Shown here: piece by piece, positions 49,827 through 60,265 of the stretch
Position numbering within the stretch: the stretch's first letter is position 1
Layout: every line of letters begins with the position of its first letter
NCBI GenBank assembly: GCA_965227295.1
Contig: OZ245742.1
Coordinates: 3,840,001 to 3,904,000, forward strand
DNA length: 64,000 bases
Reading direction: 5' to 3'
Source: Leptonemataceae bacterium
GTDB taxonomy: Bacteria > Spirochaetota > Leptospiria > Leptospirales > Leptonemataceae
Position numbers and translations under genes: made by a program
The notes under the pieces: model-generated
Databases searched by the model: none
The model's input: the letters and a program-made list of their open reading frames with translations, nothing else
Told to the model about the DNA's origin: nothing

Positions 49827-50315
49827 ATGGGCAAGAAAAACAAAAAAGACGACGCGAAGTCCGGCCCTCCGTTCATCGACAACAAGAAGGCGCGCCGCAA
49901 TTATGAGATCCTCGATACCTTCGAGGCGGGCATTGTATTGATGGGCACGGAAGTGAAGTCGCTGCGGGCCGGCCAGGCGAACATCTCCGAGGCCTACGCC
50001 GTGCCGCAGCAAGGCGAGATGTTCTTGCTGAACGCGCACATCAGCCCGTACGCCAACGGCGGGGCGTTCAATCACGAAGAGACACGTACGCGCAAGTTGC
50101 TCTTAAAGAAAGCGCAGATTGAGAAGCTCTACTCCCGCGTGCGGGAAAAACGGCTGACCGTGGTGCCGCTCAAGATGTACTTCAACGAGCGCGGAAAAGT
50201 CAAATTGCTTCTGGGCGTGGGGCGCGGTAAGAAACTTACCGACAAGCGCGAAAGCGAAAAGAAAAACGAGGCCCAGCGCGAGATTGCCCGCTCCCTGCGG
50301 GATGCCGGGCACTAG
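49827..50315 (+). CDS. smpB: SsrA-binding protein
   Basis: NKKARRNY, EAGIVLMGTEVKSLR, RKLLL, GKKL.DKRE. Confidence 0.97.
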   Translation: MGKKNKKDDAKSGPPFIDNKKARRNYEILDTFEAGIVLMGTEVKSLRAGQANISEAYAVPQQGEMFLLNAHISPYANGGAFNHEETRTRKLLLKKAQIEKLYSRVREKRLTVVPLKMYFNERGKVKLLLGVGRGKKLTDKRESEKKNEAQREIARSLRDAGH

Positions 50316-50332
50316 ATCGCGGCACAAACATT

Positions 50333-51808
50333 ATGTCATCCTCCGTAACACGCACTCGCAAGAAGTTACCACGCGTAGCCCTGGTGGGACGCCGCAATGT
50401 GGGCAAGTCCACGTTGCTGAACGCCCTCTACGGCCGTCGCCGGGCCATCACCGACGCGCACGCGGGGCTCACCCGGGACGTCCTGGAAGTCGAGGTGCGC
50501 CGCGGTCCGTATCATTTTCTTTTGTGCGATACGCCGGGCCTGGACGTCGAGAACCCGGACGAGATCGAAGGCGCGGCGGTGGAACGCGCGCGCGCCTTCA
50601 TCCGTGAGGTGGATCTGGTGCTCTTTTTGTTCGAAGCGCCGGCGCCGGCGGCGTTCGATCATGAATTCCTGGAACTCATTCGCAAAGGACAGGACGATGC
50701 GACGCCGCCCACGGTCTTTGCGGTAAACAAGGTCGACGGCAGCGAACAGGCCGACGACGTCATGGCCGAGTTTTACGAGGCCGGCGTGCCCGAGTTCACG
50801 CCGGTATCCGCGAAGGGACGCTGGAACCTGGATACGCTGCTCGAAAACATGGAGACGGTGCTGCCGGCTTTGCGTTCGCCGCATGCGCAGGAAGATGTGC
50901 CCGCCGGTGAAAAAAAGAAACACCATCGCAAGCGCGAAAAAGATCTGAATACGAACCGCGAGGACAGCACGGTTATCTCCGACAGCGGCGCGGCCGAGAC
51001 GCGCATCGCCGTCGTGGGCCGACCGAACGCCGGTAAATCGTCGCTGCTCAATCGTTTCGCCGGTCGCGAGGTCGCCCTGGTTTCCGACGTCGCCGGCACC
51101 ACGCGCGACACAGTCGATACGATCTTCAACTACCACGGCCAGGCCATTCGGGTCGTCGATACCGCGGGCATGCGGCGGCCGGGTAAGCTGCGTGATCCGC
51201 GGCAGCGGGTGGACTTTTATTCGGTGTCACGCACGAAACGCGCCATTCGCGATTGTCGCGTGGTGGTGCACGTGATCGACGCCACCGTCGGCGTAACCGA
51301 TTTCGACAAAAAGATCTCGGCTTTGATTCGAGAGTACGGGCGGCCCGTGGTCATCGCCGTCAACAAGTGGGACGCCTACCAGAAAGACGAGAAACACGAT
51401 CGCACGTTGGACGAGTTCCGCGATCGCATGGAGTTTTTGTTTCCGCACGTGAAGAAGATTCCCATCGTCTTTTGCTCGGCGCTCACCGGCCAGCGGGTGG
51501 GCAAGATCATCGAAACCGCGCTGGACCTGGAAAAACGCATGCAGGTGCGCGCGCCCACGGGAGAGCTCAACCGCAGCGTGGAGCGCTGGCTGCGCCGGGC
51601 GCCCGGCAGCGTTCGGGGCCTGAAAATCCTTTACGTGAACCAGGCCGACGTGGAGCCGCCGGTCTTTGTATTCTTCGTGAATCGTAAGAAAGAGTTTCGC
51701 GGCGACATGCTGCGCTACTTTGAGAACCGTCTGCGTGAGCAATATCGTCTGGACGGCATACCCCTGCGTATTTTTGTGAGGGAGAAGGACAAAGCCGAGG
51801 CGTCATGA
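50333..51808 (+). CDS. der: Ribosome biogenesis GTPase Der (EngA)
   Basis: Two G domains (GRRNVGKST/DTPG/NKVD; GRPNAGKSS/DTAG/NKWD) plus a KH-like C-terminus. Confidence 0.96.
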   Translation: MSSSVTRTRKKLPRVALVGRRNVGKSTLLNALYGRRRAITDAHAGLTRDVLEVEVRRGPYHFLLCDTPGLDVENPDEIEGAAVERARAFIREVDLVLFLFEAPAPAAFDHEFLELIRKGQDDATPPTVFAVNKVDGSEQADDVMAEFYEAGVPEFTPVSAKGRWNLDTLLENMETVLPALRSPHAQEDVPAGEKKKHHRKREKDLNTNREDSTVISDSGAAETRIAVVGRPNAGKSSLLNRFAGREVALVSDVAGTTRDTVDTIFNYHGQAIRVVDTAGMRRPGKLRDPRQRVDFYSVSRTKRAIRDCRVVVHVIDATVGVTDFDKKISALIREYGRPVVIAVNKWDAYQKDEKHDRTLDEFRDRMEFLFPHVKKIPIVFCSALTGQRVGKIIETALDLEKRMQVRAPTGELNRSVERWLRRAPGSVRGLKILYVNQADVEPPVFVFFVNRKKEFRGDMLRYFENRLREQYRLDGIPLRIFVREKDKAEAS

Positions 51809-52458
51809 GCTCCCTCGAATTTTTGCTTGCATACATCGTCTTACCCGCGGCCGCTTTTTTTGCCGGGGCTGTTCCCTTTTCATATTTCATCGCCAGGTTT
51901 TTTGCCGGCATCGACATCCGTGAGCACGGCTCCGGCAATCCCGGGGCCTCCAACGTCTTTCGGGTCGTGGGGCCGGGGCCCGGTATCCTGACGTTCCTCC
52001 TCGATGCGACCAAGGCCGCCGCGTGCATCGTGCTGGCGTATTTCTGGTTATCGCACTGGCCGGCGCGGGCGCTCGTCTGGTACGAAATCCTGCTCGGAGT
52101 CCTGGCCGTGCTCGGCCATGTGTTCAGTCCGTTCCTGGGATTTCGGGGGGGCAAGGGGGTCGCCGCGGTGATCGGCGTTTACCTCGTCCTGTTTCCCCTG
52201 GGCCTCATCGCCGGCGCGCTTTCGGGACTCGTCGCCGCCTTCGTGTTTCGGTATTTTTCTCTGGGCAGTCTGATCGGAGTGCTCATCCTCCCGCTGAGTT
52301 ACTTTCTGTTGCAAGAGCAGCCCTGGCATCCTGCGAATCGCCCGTTGTTGTATTTGAGTCTGCTCGCCGTGCTGATCGTCTACGCGCGGCATACCGACAA
52401 TATCAAAAGGCTCCTGGCGGGAAAGGAGCACGGCATGATCAAAGCTCCGGGCCGCTGA
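51805..52458 (+). CDS. plsY: Glycerol-3-phosphate acyltransferase PlsY
   Basis: DIREHGSGNPGASN, GH.FSPFL.FRGGKGVA, RH.DNIKRLL.G.E. Confidence 0.96.
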   Translation: MSSLEFLLAYIVLPAAAFFAGAVPFSYFIARFFAGIDIREHGSGNPGASNVFRVVGPGPGILTFLLDATKAAACIVLAYFWLSHWPARALVWYEILLGVLAVLGHVFSPFLGFRGGKGVAAVIGVYLVLFPLGLIAGALSGLVAAFVFRYFSLGSLIGVLILPLSYFLLQEQPWHPANRPLLYLSLLAVLIVYARHTDNIKRLLAGKEHGMIKAPGR

Positions 52459-52483
52459 AACCGGGGCGCACATACGCAAAGCG

Positions 52484-53134
52484 ATGGGTTTCGACGACAT
52501 ACAGGAACTCGGCTCGGACGAGCTGGACCTCGAAGAGAAGGTCTTCATTGCCGAGGAGTATCTGGATCGCTACAATCCCGGTGATCCCCGGGACATCTAT
52601 CGCTGGCTGTGGGAAGGCGAGTTCGGCCCCGGCTCCCACATTCGCGACAATACCCTGGAACAGCTCGCCCAGGACATTCGCCGCGCGCGCATGCATCCGA
52701 ATCGCGACAAACTTCCGGTCTGTGAAAACTTAGGCCTGGCCCACGTCTTCGTGAAGGTCAACCTGGTGCCCTTCGCCGACACCGGCTGCCCGCTGAAACG
52801 TCTGGTCATGATTGAAGAGCGCATTAAGGATTTGCGCCCGGACCCGTTGCGTTTCAAAAAAGACTGGGCCTTTATGAAGACCCAACTCGTGCCCGGCATG
52901 CGCATCCAGCAGGAAACCATGAACCGCTTCGAGCAGGAGATTCCGTTTCACATGGCGCCCGAGGTCGAGTACTCCAACGAGTTCTACGAAAAATACGGCA
53001 TGGGCTACCGGATCGTCCCCCGCAACGGTTTCTTTCAGTATTTCCCTGAGTACACCCTGGAAGTCGGCGGCGCCCGCGACACGCCGTACAACTGGGACAC
53101 CGACAGCGCGGTCCATCATACGACTGACTCGTGA
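52484..53134 (+). CDS. Hypothetical protein
   Basis: 216-aa ORF with host-like codon usage; motifs DIYRWLWEGEFGPGSH and YS..F...Y...YRIV. Confidence 0.75.
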   Translation: MGFDDIQELGSDELDLEEKVFIAEEYLDRYNPGDPRDIYRWLWEGEFGPGSHIRDNTLEQLAQDIRRARMHPNRDKLPVCENLGLAHVFVKVNLVPFADTGCPLKRLVMIEERIKDLRPDPLRFKKDWAFMKTQLVPGMRIQQETMNRFEQEIPFHMAPEVEYSNEFYEKYGMGYRIVPRNGFFQYFPEYTLEVGGARDTPYNWDTDSAVHHTTDS

Positions 53135-53157
53135 AGTATTATGCCTCGGTGGTTGAT

Positions 53158-54423
53158 TCAGAGTTTCTTCAGTTCCGCGAGCAATGTCTCGCGTTCGTTC
53201 AGCTCCGGTTTGGCCAGGACGCGTTCCAGGAGGCGTCGCAGGGTTTCGCCGATGGCGGGGCCGCTCAGGCCCAGGTCCATGAGATCGCGTCCGTTTAATG
53301 TAAGATCGCGGACAATTAAGGGATCCCGGGCGTAGAGCTCCCGGAGCAGACTCGGGGTCACGCTGATGTGCGGAAACGATTCCGTGCTCTGCAAAAAAGC
53401 GTCGCCGCCGTCGCCGTAGACCTCTTTGAGCTTCGAGAGGAACAACCGCGCCCGATGCTCCCGGTTTTCGCCCGGGAGCTTTAGTTCTTCGCGCTGAAAG
53501 CGAAAGTAGTGTTCGTAGTACTCGATGTCCCGTGCGTGTTGATTCGAAAACTTGAGGCGCTTCGCCAGGTTGCCGACGGTCTTCAGGTTCGTCCCGGAAA
53601 AATAACCAAGGTCCTCCCACCAACGCGCAATGCGCAAGACCGGCACCGCCGGATCCATAATATCCAGTTCCGCGAGACACGCTTCCGAGGTGGGGGCCGG
53701 ACGTTCCGTAAAAAAAAGATACAACAGGCCGCTGTGTTCCAGAGACCGAATCATCCGCGATACACGCACCGCACGAAAGCCTTTCCAGAGTTCGTCGCTG
53801 AAGCGTTCGACGGCGACCAGCCGCGTGCGTTTCTGAACCGCGGAGTTTCCGAGGGCCGCCTGGGTTTTCGCTTCCAGATCAAACTCCAGGCTGGCCGTGA
53901 AGCGACAGGCGCGCACCGGACGCAGCCCGTCCTCGAAGAAACGATCCTCCGCCCGACCGATGGTGCGCAGTAACTTTGTTTCAAGATCACCTAAACCGCC
54001 GTGGTGGTCTTCGATGAGTCCCGTCCCCGGCTCGTAGGCGAGGGCGTTGATTGTGAAGTCGCGGCGGCACAGGTCCTCGTCGAGGCTGTCGGAGAAACGT
54101 ACGGCGTCCGGATGCCGGCCGTCGCTGTACTCGCTCTCCGCACGATACGTCGTGACCTCGTAGCCGGCGCCGTTCAGAACGACGGTGACGGTGCCGTGCT
54201 GCAAACCCGTGGGTATCGTGCGGCGGAAAAGTTGCTGCACGGTTTCCGGCCTGGCGTTCGTGGCGATGTCCACGTCGCCGGCCGGCCGGCCGAGCAGGAG
54301 ATCGCGGACGGCGCCGCCGACGAGATAACACTCGTAGCCGTTTTCCGTAAGGGTGCTGTGGATTTCCCGTACATGGCGGCGCACGGTTTCGGGAAGTGGT
54401 TCGAGCAGATCGGGCCGGTGCAC
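53158..54423 (-). CDS. cca: CCA tRNA nucleotidyltransferase / poly(A) polymerase family
   Basis: VGGAVRD, DVDIAT, EVTTYR, DL.RRDFTINA, EDGLR..RA.RF, ER..DEL.K. Confidence 0.92.
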   Translation of the reverse strand: MHRPDLLEPLPETVRRHVREIHSTLTENGYECYLVGGAVRDLLLGRPAGDVDIATNARPETVQQLFRRTIPTGLQHGTVTVVLNGAGYEVTTYRAESEYSDGRHPDAVRFSDSLDEDLCRRDFTINALAYEPGTGLIEDHHGGLGDLETKLLRTIGRAEDRFFEDGLRPVRACRFTASLEFDLEAKTQAALGNSAVQKRTRLVAVERFSDELWKGFRAVRVSRMIRSLEHSGLLYLFFTERPAPTSEACLAELDIMDPAVPVLRIARWWEDLGYFSGTNLKTVGNLAKRLKFSNQHARDIEYYEHYFRFQREELKLPGENREHRARLFLSKLKEVYGDGGDAFLQSTESFPHISVTPSLLRELYARDPLIVRDLTLNGRDLMDLGLSGPAIGETLRRLLERVLAKPELNERETLLAELKKL

Positions 54424-54430
54424 GGTACGG

Positions 54431-55108
54431 TCAAACGTAGGATCGGCGGGCGGGAATGCGAATGATTTCTTCGGTGTCTACGTTCATGGCGGTGAGCGAG
54501 CCGCCGAAGACGCAGCCCGTATCGAGGCCGACGGAGTTCTTACCCACGATGGGTTCGTTTTGCTTTGCCGCGCCGAGGACGTAGCGCGATGGGGTGTGAC
54601 CGTAGAAGACCCGTTTCCCTTTCCAGCGTTCTTCGTTGCGGATCCATTCCTCGCGAATCCAGAGCAAGTCCTCGCGATCCTGGTGAGAGATTTCGGTGTC
54701 TTTGGTGATGCGGACGCCCGCGTGCACGGCGACGAAGTCTTCGCCCTCGTAGTAGAGTTCCAGCCCCTCGTAGAACTTGCGGTGCGCCCTGGGAAGCTTA
54801 CCGTACCTGTCATCTTCGGTGAGGCCGTAGGAACGCAGGGTCGCCGGCCCGCCGTTGCCCCAGAAGGTCCAGGCCATGCCCTCGCGGCTGTCCGGATCCT
54901 GGTAGAAGGCCAGCATCATGGCCTCGTGATTGCCGAGCAGGTAGACCGAACGATCGTTTTCCTCGAGGACCCGATCCACCACGCCGGCTGAAGCGGGGCC
55001 GCGATCGATATAATCGCCGATGAAGATCAAAGGATCTTCGTCCGGTATTTGCTCGAGGAGATCGTTCAGCTCGTCGAGGCAACCGTGAATGTCTCCGATG
55101 ACCCACAT
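54431..55108 (-). CDS. Metallophosphoesterase (PPP / ApaH-like)
   Basis: GDIHG, GDYIDRG, GNHE, HAG, GHT, DTG. Confidence 0.93.
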   Translation of the reverse strand: MWVIGDIHGCLDELNDLLEQIPDEDPLIFIGDYIDRGPASAGVVDRVLEENDRSVYLLGNHEAMMLAFYQDPDSREGMAWTFWGNGGPATLRSYGLTEDDRYGKLPRAHRKFYEGLELYYEGEDFVAVHAGVRITKDTEISHQDREDLLWIREEWIRNEERWKGKRVFYGHTPSRYVLGAAKQNEPIVGKNSVGLDTGCVFGGSLTAMNVDTEEIIRIPARRSYV

Positions 55109-55277
55109 CTTGCCGGTATTGCTTTGAATCGTGAACGCACCGGACGTTCAATCTAAAAAATTTCACATAAAAAATATTTTGCCGGGAACGCCTGCATTTG
55201 TTCTGTGGCTATTCCCAACAGCCTCTAACACAATCCTCACATGAGTAAACCAAACCAGAAAGGATGAGCTCCGGCGC

Positions 55278-56495
55278 ATGAAGATTCACGAATATCAGGC
55301 AAAAGAAATCCTACGCAAACACGGCGTCAACGTTCCCGAGGGCAAAGTCGTCCATAAGGCCGACGAAATCGGGCCGGCGTTTGACAGTCTCTCCGCGAGC
55401 GGCATCGTCGCGGTGAAATCGCAGATCCACGCGGGCGGCCGCGGTAAGGGCACGTTGTACGACGGAGAAGACCCGAAGTCCTCCAAAGAAGTGCAGCAGG
55501 GCGGCGTCAAGGTCGCGAAATCCCGTGACGATGCGGTCGAGTTCGGCTCGAACATGCTGGGCAACTATCTGCACACCATTCAGACCGGCGACACCGCCAA
55601 GAAAGTCCTTAAGATTTACCTGGAGAAGGGCACGAACATCCAGAAGGAGTACTACCTCAGTATTCTCCTCGATCGTGCCATCCAGAAGCCCATCATCATG
55701 TGCTCTCCCGAGGGCGGCATGGACATTGAAGAGGTGGCCGAGAAGAACCCCGAGAAAATTCTCAAGGTCGCCATTGAGCCCGGCCTGGGTCTGCAGCCCT
55801 GGCAGGCCCGGCAGATCCTCTTCTTCCTGGGTGTGCCCAAAGAGACCATGAAGCAGGGTAGCAAATTCTTGCAAACGCTGTACGATACCTACATCGCCGA
55901 AGACTCGTCGATGCTGGAAATCAACCCGCTCGTACTCAACGCGGACAACGAACTCATCGCCCTCGACTGCAAGTTCCAGATCGACGACAACGCTCTCTAT
56001 CGCCACCCGGACACGGCGGAGATGCGCGACGAAACCGAGGAAGATCCCCTCGAAGTTCAGGCGTCGCAATTCAACCTCAACTACGTGAAGCTGGACGGCA
56101 ATGTCGGCTGCATGGTGAACGGCGCGGGCCTGGCCATGGCGACCATGGACATCGTCAAGCTGGCGGGCGCCGAGCCGGCCAACTTCCTCGACGTCGGCGG
56201 CGGGGCGAATCCCGAAACCGTGGCGAACGGCTTTCGTATTATCCTGGGCGATCCGAACGTGAAGGCCATCTTCGTGAACATCTTCGGCGGCATCGTGCAG
56301 TGCGACCGCGTGGCCAACGGCATCATCGAAGCGGCGAAAAAAGTGGAGATCACCGTGCCGCTGATCGTGCGCCTCCAGGGCACCAACGCCGAACTGGCGC
56401 GGGAAATCCTGGACAAGAGCGAAATCGCCGTGCGACCGGCGGTCACTCTACAGGATGGCGCGGATCGCGTCGGCGAAGCGATTAAAGGCGGCTGA
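55278..56495 (+). CDS. sucC: Succinyl-CoA ligase beta subunit
   Basis: [47 protein letters not shown]. Confidence 0.98.
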   Translation: MKIHEYQAKEILRKHGVNVPEGKVVHKADEIGPAFDSLSASGIVAVKSQIHAGGRGKGTLYDGEDPKSSKEVQQGGVKVAKSRDDAVEFGSNMLGNYLHTIQTGDTAKKVLKIYLEKGTNIQKEYYLSILLDRAIQKPIIMCSPEGGMDIEEVAEKNPEKILKVAIEPGLGLQPWQARQILFFLGVPKETMKQGSKFLQTLYDTYIAEDSSMLEINPLVLNADNELIALDCKFQIDDNALYRHPDTAEMRDETEEDPLEVQASQFNLNYVKLDGNVGCMVNGAGLAMATMDIVKLAGAEPANFLDVGGGANPETVANGFRIILGDPNVKAIFVNIFGGIVQCDRVANGIIEAAKKVEITVPLIVRLQGTNAELAREILDKSEIAVRPAVTLQDGADRVGEAIKGG

Positions 56496-56548
56496 GCGCG
56501 CCTTAGCCTTAACTTACACAGGAAAGATCTTACAGGAGATTCTATAGC

Positions 56549-57421
56549 ATGGCGGTTCTCGTAAATAAAGAAACTCGCGTGGTAGTGCAGGGCATTACCG
56601 GTAAAGAAGGCGGATTCCACGCCTCGCAAATGATCGAATACGGCACGAAGGTCGTCGCCGGCGTAACCCCCGGAAAGGGCGGTCAAAAGACGGAGCAGGG
56701 CGTTCCGGTCTTCAACACGGTGCAGGAAGCCATCGACAACGAGGGCGCTGACGCCGCGGTCATCTTCGTTCCGCCTCCTTTCGCAGCGGACGCCGTTCTT
56801 GAATGTGCGGCGACGAACATTCCCCTGGCCATCTGCATTACCGAGGGCATTCCCCAGGCGGACATGGCGGTGGCCATGCCGGTCATCCGCGCTTCGAAGA
56901 CGCGCCTCATCGGGCCGAACTGTCCCGGCGTCATCACTCCGGGCGAGTGCAAAATCGGTATCATGCCCGGGTTCATTCACAAGCCCGGCAACATCGGCCT
57001 GGTCTCGCGCTCCGGCACGCTCACCTACGAGGCGGTCTCGCAGTTGTCGGACCAGGGCCTCGGCCAGACCACGGCCATCGGCATCGGCGGGGACCCGTTC
57101 ATCGGCACCCGGCACATCGACGCCATCCAGTTGCTGAACGATGACCCGGAGACCAAAGGCATCGTTATGATCGGCGAAATCGGCGGCACGGACGAAGAAG
57201 ACGCCGCGGCCTGGATTAAGGACAATTGCAAGAAGCCGGTCGTCGGATTCATCGCCGGTCAGACGGCGCCTCCGGGCAAACGCATGGGCCACGCCGGCGC
57301 GATCATCTCCGGCGGCAAGGGCACGGCTCAGTCCAAGATGGACGCCATGAAGGCCGCCGGTATCCGCGTGGTGCAATCGCCGGCGGAAATCGGCAAGGCC
57401 ATGAAAGAGTTGATCGGCTGA
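56549..57421 (+). CDS. sucD: Succinyl-CoA ligase alpha subunit
   Basis: [31 protein letters not shown]. Confidence 0.98.
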   Translation: MAVLVNKETRVVVQGITGKEGGFHASQMIEYGTKVVAGVTPGKGGQKTEQGVPVFNTVQEAIDNEGADAAVIFVPPPFAADAVLECAATNIPLAICITEGIPQADMAVAMPVIRASKTRLIGPNCPGVITPGECKIGIMPGFIHKPGNIGLVSRSGTLTYEAVSQLSDQGLGQTTAIGIGGDPFIGTRHIDAIQLLNDDPETKGIVMIGEIGGTDEEDAAAWIKDNCKKPVVGFIAGQTAPPGKRMGHAGAIISGGKGTAQSKMDAMKAAGIRVVQSPAEIGKAMKELIG

Positions 57422-57432
57422 GAAGAAAAACT

Positions 57433-57547
57433 AACTCCGAGGACCGAGGTACCGAGAAAAAGAATTTTAGACAGCAATCGCAGTTGATAGCCATTCAGCT
57501 GAGAATGCTCTCCCAAAAAAATCCTCGGTCCCTCGGTCCTCGGAGTT
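57433..57547. repeat. REPIN/MITE-like palindromic element, copy 2
   Basis: Arms AACTCCGAGGACCGAGGTACCGAG and CTCGGTCCCTCGGTCCTCGGAGTT (23/24 complementary), 67-nt spacer. Confidence 0.85.
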
Positions 57548-57559
57548 TATCTTCTCTTA

Positions 57560-58465
57560 GTGAACCGCCGCGAATTCCTGAAGCGCTCGATTGCCCTCAC
57601 GGCAAGCCTGCCGCTGAGTACCCTCCACTCCGAAACTCCCGAACGCATCTTACAACGCACGATTCCCTCCACCGGCGAAGGCATTCCCGCCGTCGGTATG
57701 GGAACCTGGCAGACCTTCGACGCCGCCGGCGATCGTAACGAACTCGCCGCTCTAACTGACGTTTTGCGTATCTTTGCGGAACGCGGGGGGCGTCTGATCG
57801 ATTCGTCACCGATGTACGGCAGCTCCGAATCCGTCGCCGGTCAGTTGTGCTCGGACCGTCCGGAGCAGTTTTTCTTCTCCACAAAGGTGTGGACCACCGG
57901 CCTCGAGCAGGGCAAAGCACAGATGGTTGCTTCGATCCGTAAGCTACGACCGGAGGGACCGGCGAAGCTGGAGCTCATGCAGATTCACAATCTGGTGGAC
58001 TGGCGCACACACATGCGAACGCTGCGCGCCTGGAAAGAGGCCGGCACGTTTCGCTACATCGGCATTACGCATTATCTGGAAAGCGCGTTCGATGATCTCA
58101 TGAGCATCGTCCGGCAACACAAGATCGACTTCGTGCAATTGCCGTACTCCGTTGCGACGCGCGGGGCCGAAGAGCGACTGCTGCCGTTGTGCCGGGACCG
58201 CGGCGTGGCGACGCTCATCAATCGACCCTACGAAGGCGGCGCGCTCTTTCGTGAGGTACGCGGCAAAGACCTGCCGCAGTTCGTGCGGGGCTTCGCCGAC
58301 TCCTGGGGCCAGGCGTTCTTGAAATTCATTCTCGCTCACGAAGCGGTGACGTGTGTGATCCCGGCCACGTCGAAACCGAAACATATGCGCGACAATATGG
58401 GCGCGGGTTTCGGAAGATTGCCGGACGCCGATGAATGCCGGCGACTGGCTCTGATGTTTCGTTAA
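57560..58465 (+). CDS. Aldo/keto reductase with twin-arginine signal
   Basis: MNRREFLK; GMGTWQ, IDSSPMYG.SE, TKV, QIHN, IPATSK..H..DN. Confidence 0.9.
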   Translation: MNRREFLKRSIALTASLPLSTLHSETPERILQRTIPSTGEGIPAVGMGTWQTFDAAGDRNELAALTDVLRIFAERGGRLIDSSPMYGSSESVAGQLCSDRPEQFFFSTKVWTTGLEQGKAQMVASIRKLRPEGPAKLELMQIHNLVDWRTHMRTLRAWKEAGTFRYIGITHYLESAFDDLMSIVRQHKIDFVQLPYSVATRGAEERLLPLCRDRGVATLINRPYEGGALFREVRGKDLPQFVRGFADSWGQAFLKFILAHEAVTCVIPATSKPKHMRDNMGAGFGRLPDADECRRLALMFR

Positions 58466-58581
58466 TTAGTGGGTATAAGAAGTTAGTGGCATAAAGCCAA
58501 AACCCTGGACAAAGTTGCGGCGAGAGACGTTTTTTCGGAAAATTTTAGTGACATTCCAGTTGGTGGAAGCCTGCTTTCGGT

Positions 58582-59173
58582 ATGTTGGCCGCCGCATATC
58601 GATGCGCGCTTCTGAGCCTCCTTGCATTGTCGTTCGGGGCGTCGTGCTACTATCATCCGCTATGTACACCCGATTCGGTGCGGGCGGTAGTGATAGCAGC
58701 CCGCTGCTGCTTTTGCCCTTACCGGCGATTCCGGCCACGCCCGCCGCGAGCGGTGACGACGATTCCGGCGGTACCACGACCTCGTGCACCATGAACGGGC
58801 CCGACTTCACTCTCTCCACCGCCGTATGCAGTGGTGGCCCATTGCGAGCAACGGCACGCTCTTCGTCGTGGCGTCCACCGGCTCGCTCGGTCCGGTCATG
58901 ACTTCGCCGGATGGGGTGGCCTGGACCGCGCGGGCGGCGGCCGAGAACAATGCCTGGCAGTCCGTGGCTTATGGCGGCGGGCTCTTCATCGCGGTGTCGT
59001 CGGACGGTACGAATCGCATCATGACCTCCACCGACGGCATCAGCTGGACCGCCCGGGCCGCGCCGGAGGACAACACCTGGACTCGCCTTACCTACGGCAA
59101 CGGGCGCTTCGTCGCCGTGGCGGGGCTCGGCGGCGTTGACGTGCATCAGGTGATGACCGCGATTTGCCCGTAG
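58582..59173 (+). pseudogene. Doubly frameshifted lipoprotein with SxDGxxW (BNR-like) beta-propeller repeats
   Basis: Signal and lipobox (LSFGAS|CYYHP) in one frame, low-complexity linker in a second, repeats MTSPDGVAW and MTSTDGISW in the third. Confidence 0.65.
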
Positions 59174-59221
59174 CAATCGCTCTTGACACGGCCCCGATCG
59201 GACGGACCATACGACGGTCCT

Positions 59222-60265
59222 ATGAGCAACGGTCATCCTTCGAACCTTCGTATCGGCATCTTCGGCGCGGGCAGCATCGGCTGTTACGTCGGCGCAAAAC
59301 TGATCCACGGCGGCGTGGCCGTTACGTTGTTGGGGCGGGAGTCCCTGGGCCGGGAGATTCGGGAACACGGCCTGCATGTGAGTGATCTAACCGGCGATGA
59401 GTTTCAGTTAAGCCCGGAGCAAATCAATTACGTCACGGACCCGGCGGACCTCGCCGACTGCGACGTCGTGCTGGTGACCGTCAAGAGCCGGGACAGCGAC
59501 GAGGCCGGTCGGTTGCTGGGGAAGACCCTGGGCTCGAATGCCGTCCTTGTGAGTTTCCAGAACGGTGTGCGCAACGCGGAGATCTTGAGCAAGGCGGTGA
59601 CCTCCGTGAGCGCCGCGCCGCCGCAAGTGCTCGCGGGCATGGTACCGTACAACGTGGTTCGCTCCGAAGGCGGGCGCTTTCATTGCGGGACCTCCGGCGA
59701 ACTCATGATCGCCGCCGCCGAGCCGACGGAACGCATCGCCGCTACGTTGCGAGCCGCCGGTCTGCCGACAAAAGTCCACGACGACCTGCCGGGCGTACTC
59801 TGGGGCAAGCTCATCTTCAACTTGAACAACGCGGTGAACGCACTGGCCGGCGTGCCGCTCCGCGAAGAACTTTCGCAGCGCGGTTATCGCCGGATCATGG
59901 CGGCGACGATTCGCGAGGCGCTCGGTGTCATGAAAGCCTCGGGCGTCCGGCCGCTTTCGGTGGGTCGCATGATTCCGTGGCTCGCGCCGAAGATCCTGGC
60001 GTTGCCGGATTGGCTCTTCTTTCGCGTGGCCGCTTCCATGGTGAAGATCGATCCCGAGGCGCGTTCTTCGATGTGGGAGGACCTGAGCCGCGGGCGACCG
60101 ACGGAGATTGACTACATTACCGGTGAGATTGTGCGCCTGGCCGATGCGAACGGACTTCAGGCGCCCGTTGCGCGGCGTACGGTGGAGTTGATCCGGGCGG
60201 CGGAAGAGCGGAGCGGTTCGCCGCAGCTTTCGGCGAAGGATCTCGCGCGCGAGTTGGGATTATGA
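59222..60265 (+). CDS. panE: 2-dehydropantoate 2-reductase (ketopantoate reductase family)
   Basis: GAGSIG..G, VTVKS, FQNG, WGKL..N, SSMWEDL..GRPTEIDYITG. Confidence 0.9.
   Translation: MSNGHPSNLRIGIFGAGSIGCYVGAKLIHGGVAVTLLGRESLGREIREHGLHVSDLTGDEFQLSPEQINYVTDPADLADCDVVLVTVKSRDSDEAGRLLGKTLGSNAVLVSFQNGVRNAEILSKAVTSVSAAPPQVLAGMVPYNVVRSEGGRFHCGTSGELMIAAAEPTERIAATLRAAGLPTKVHDDLPGVLWGKLIFNLNNAVNALAGVPLREELSQRGYRRIMAATIREALGVMKASGVRPLSVGRMIPWLAPKILALPDWLFFRVAASMVKIDPEARSSMWEDLSRGRPTEIDYITGEIVRLADANGLQAPVARRTVELIRAAEERSGSPQLSAKDLARELGL

Noticed and set aside
56512..56540. Two ACAGGA motifs before sucD as CsrA sites
   Set aside because: No convincing stems, and one is simply the Shine-Dalgarno
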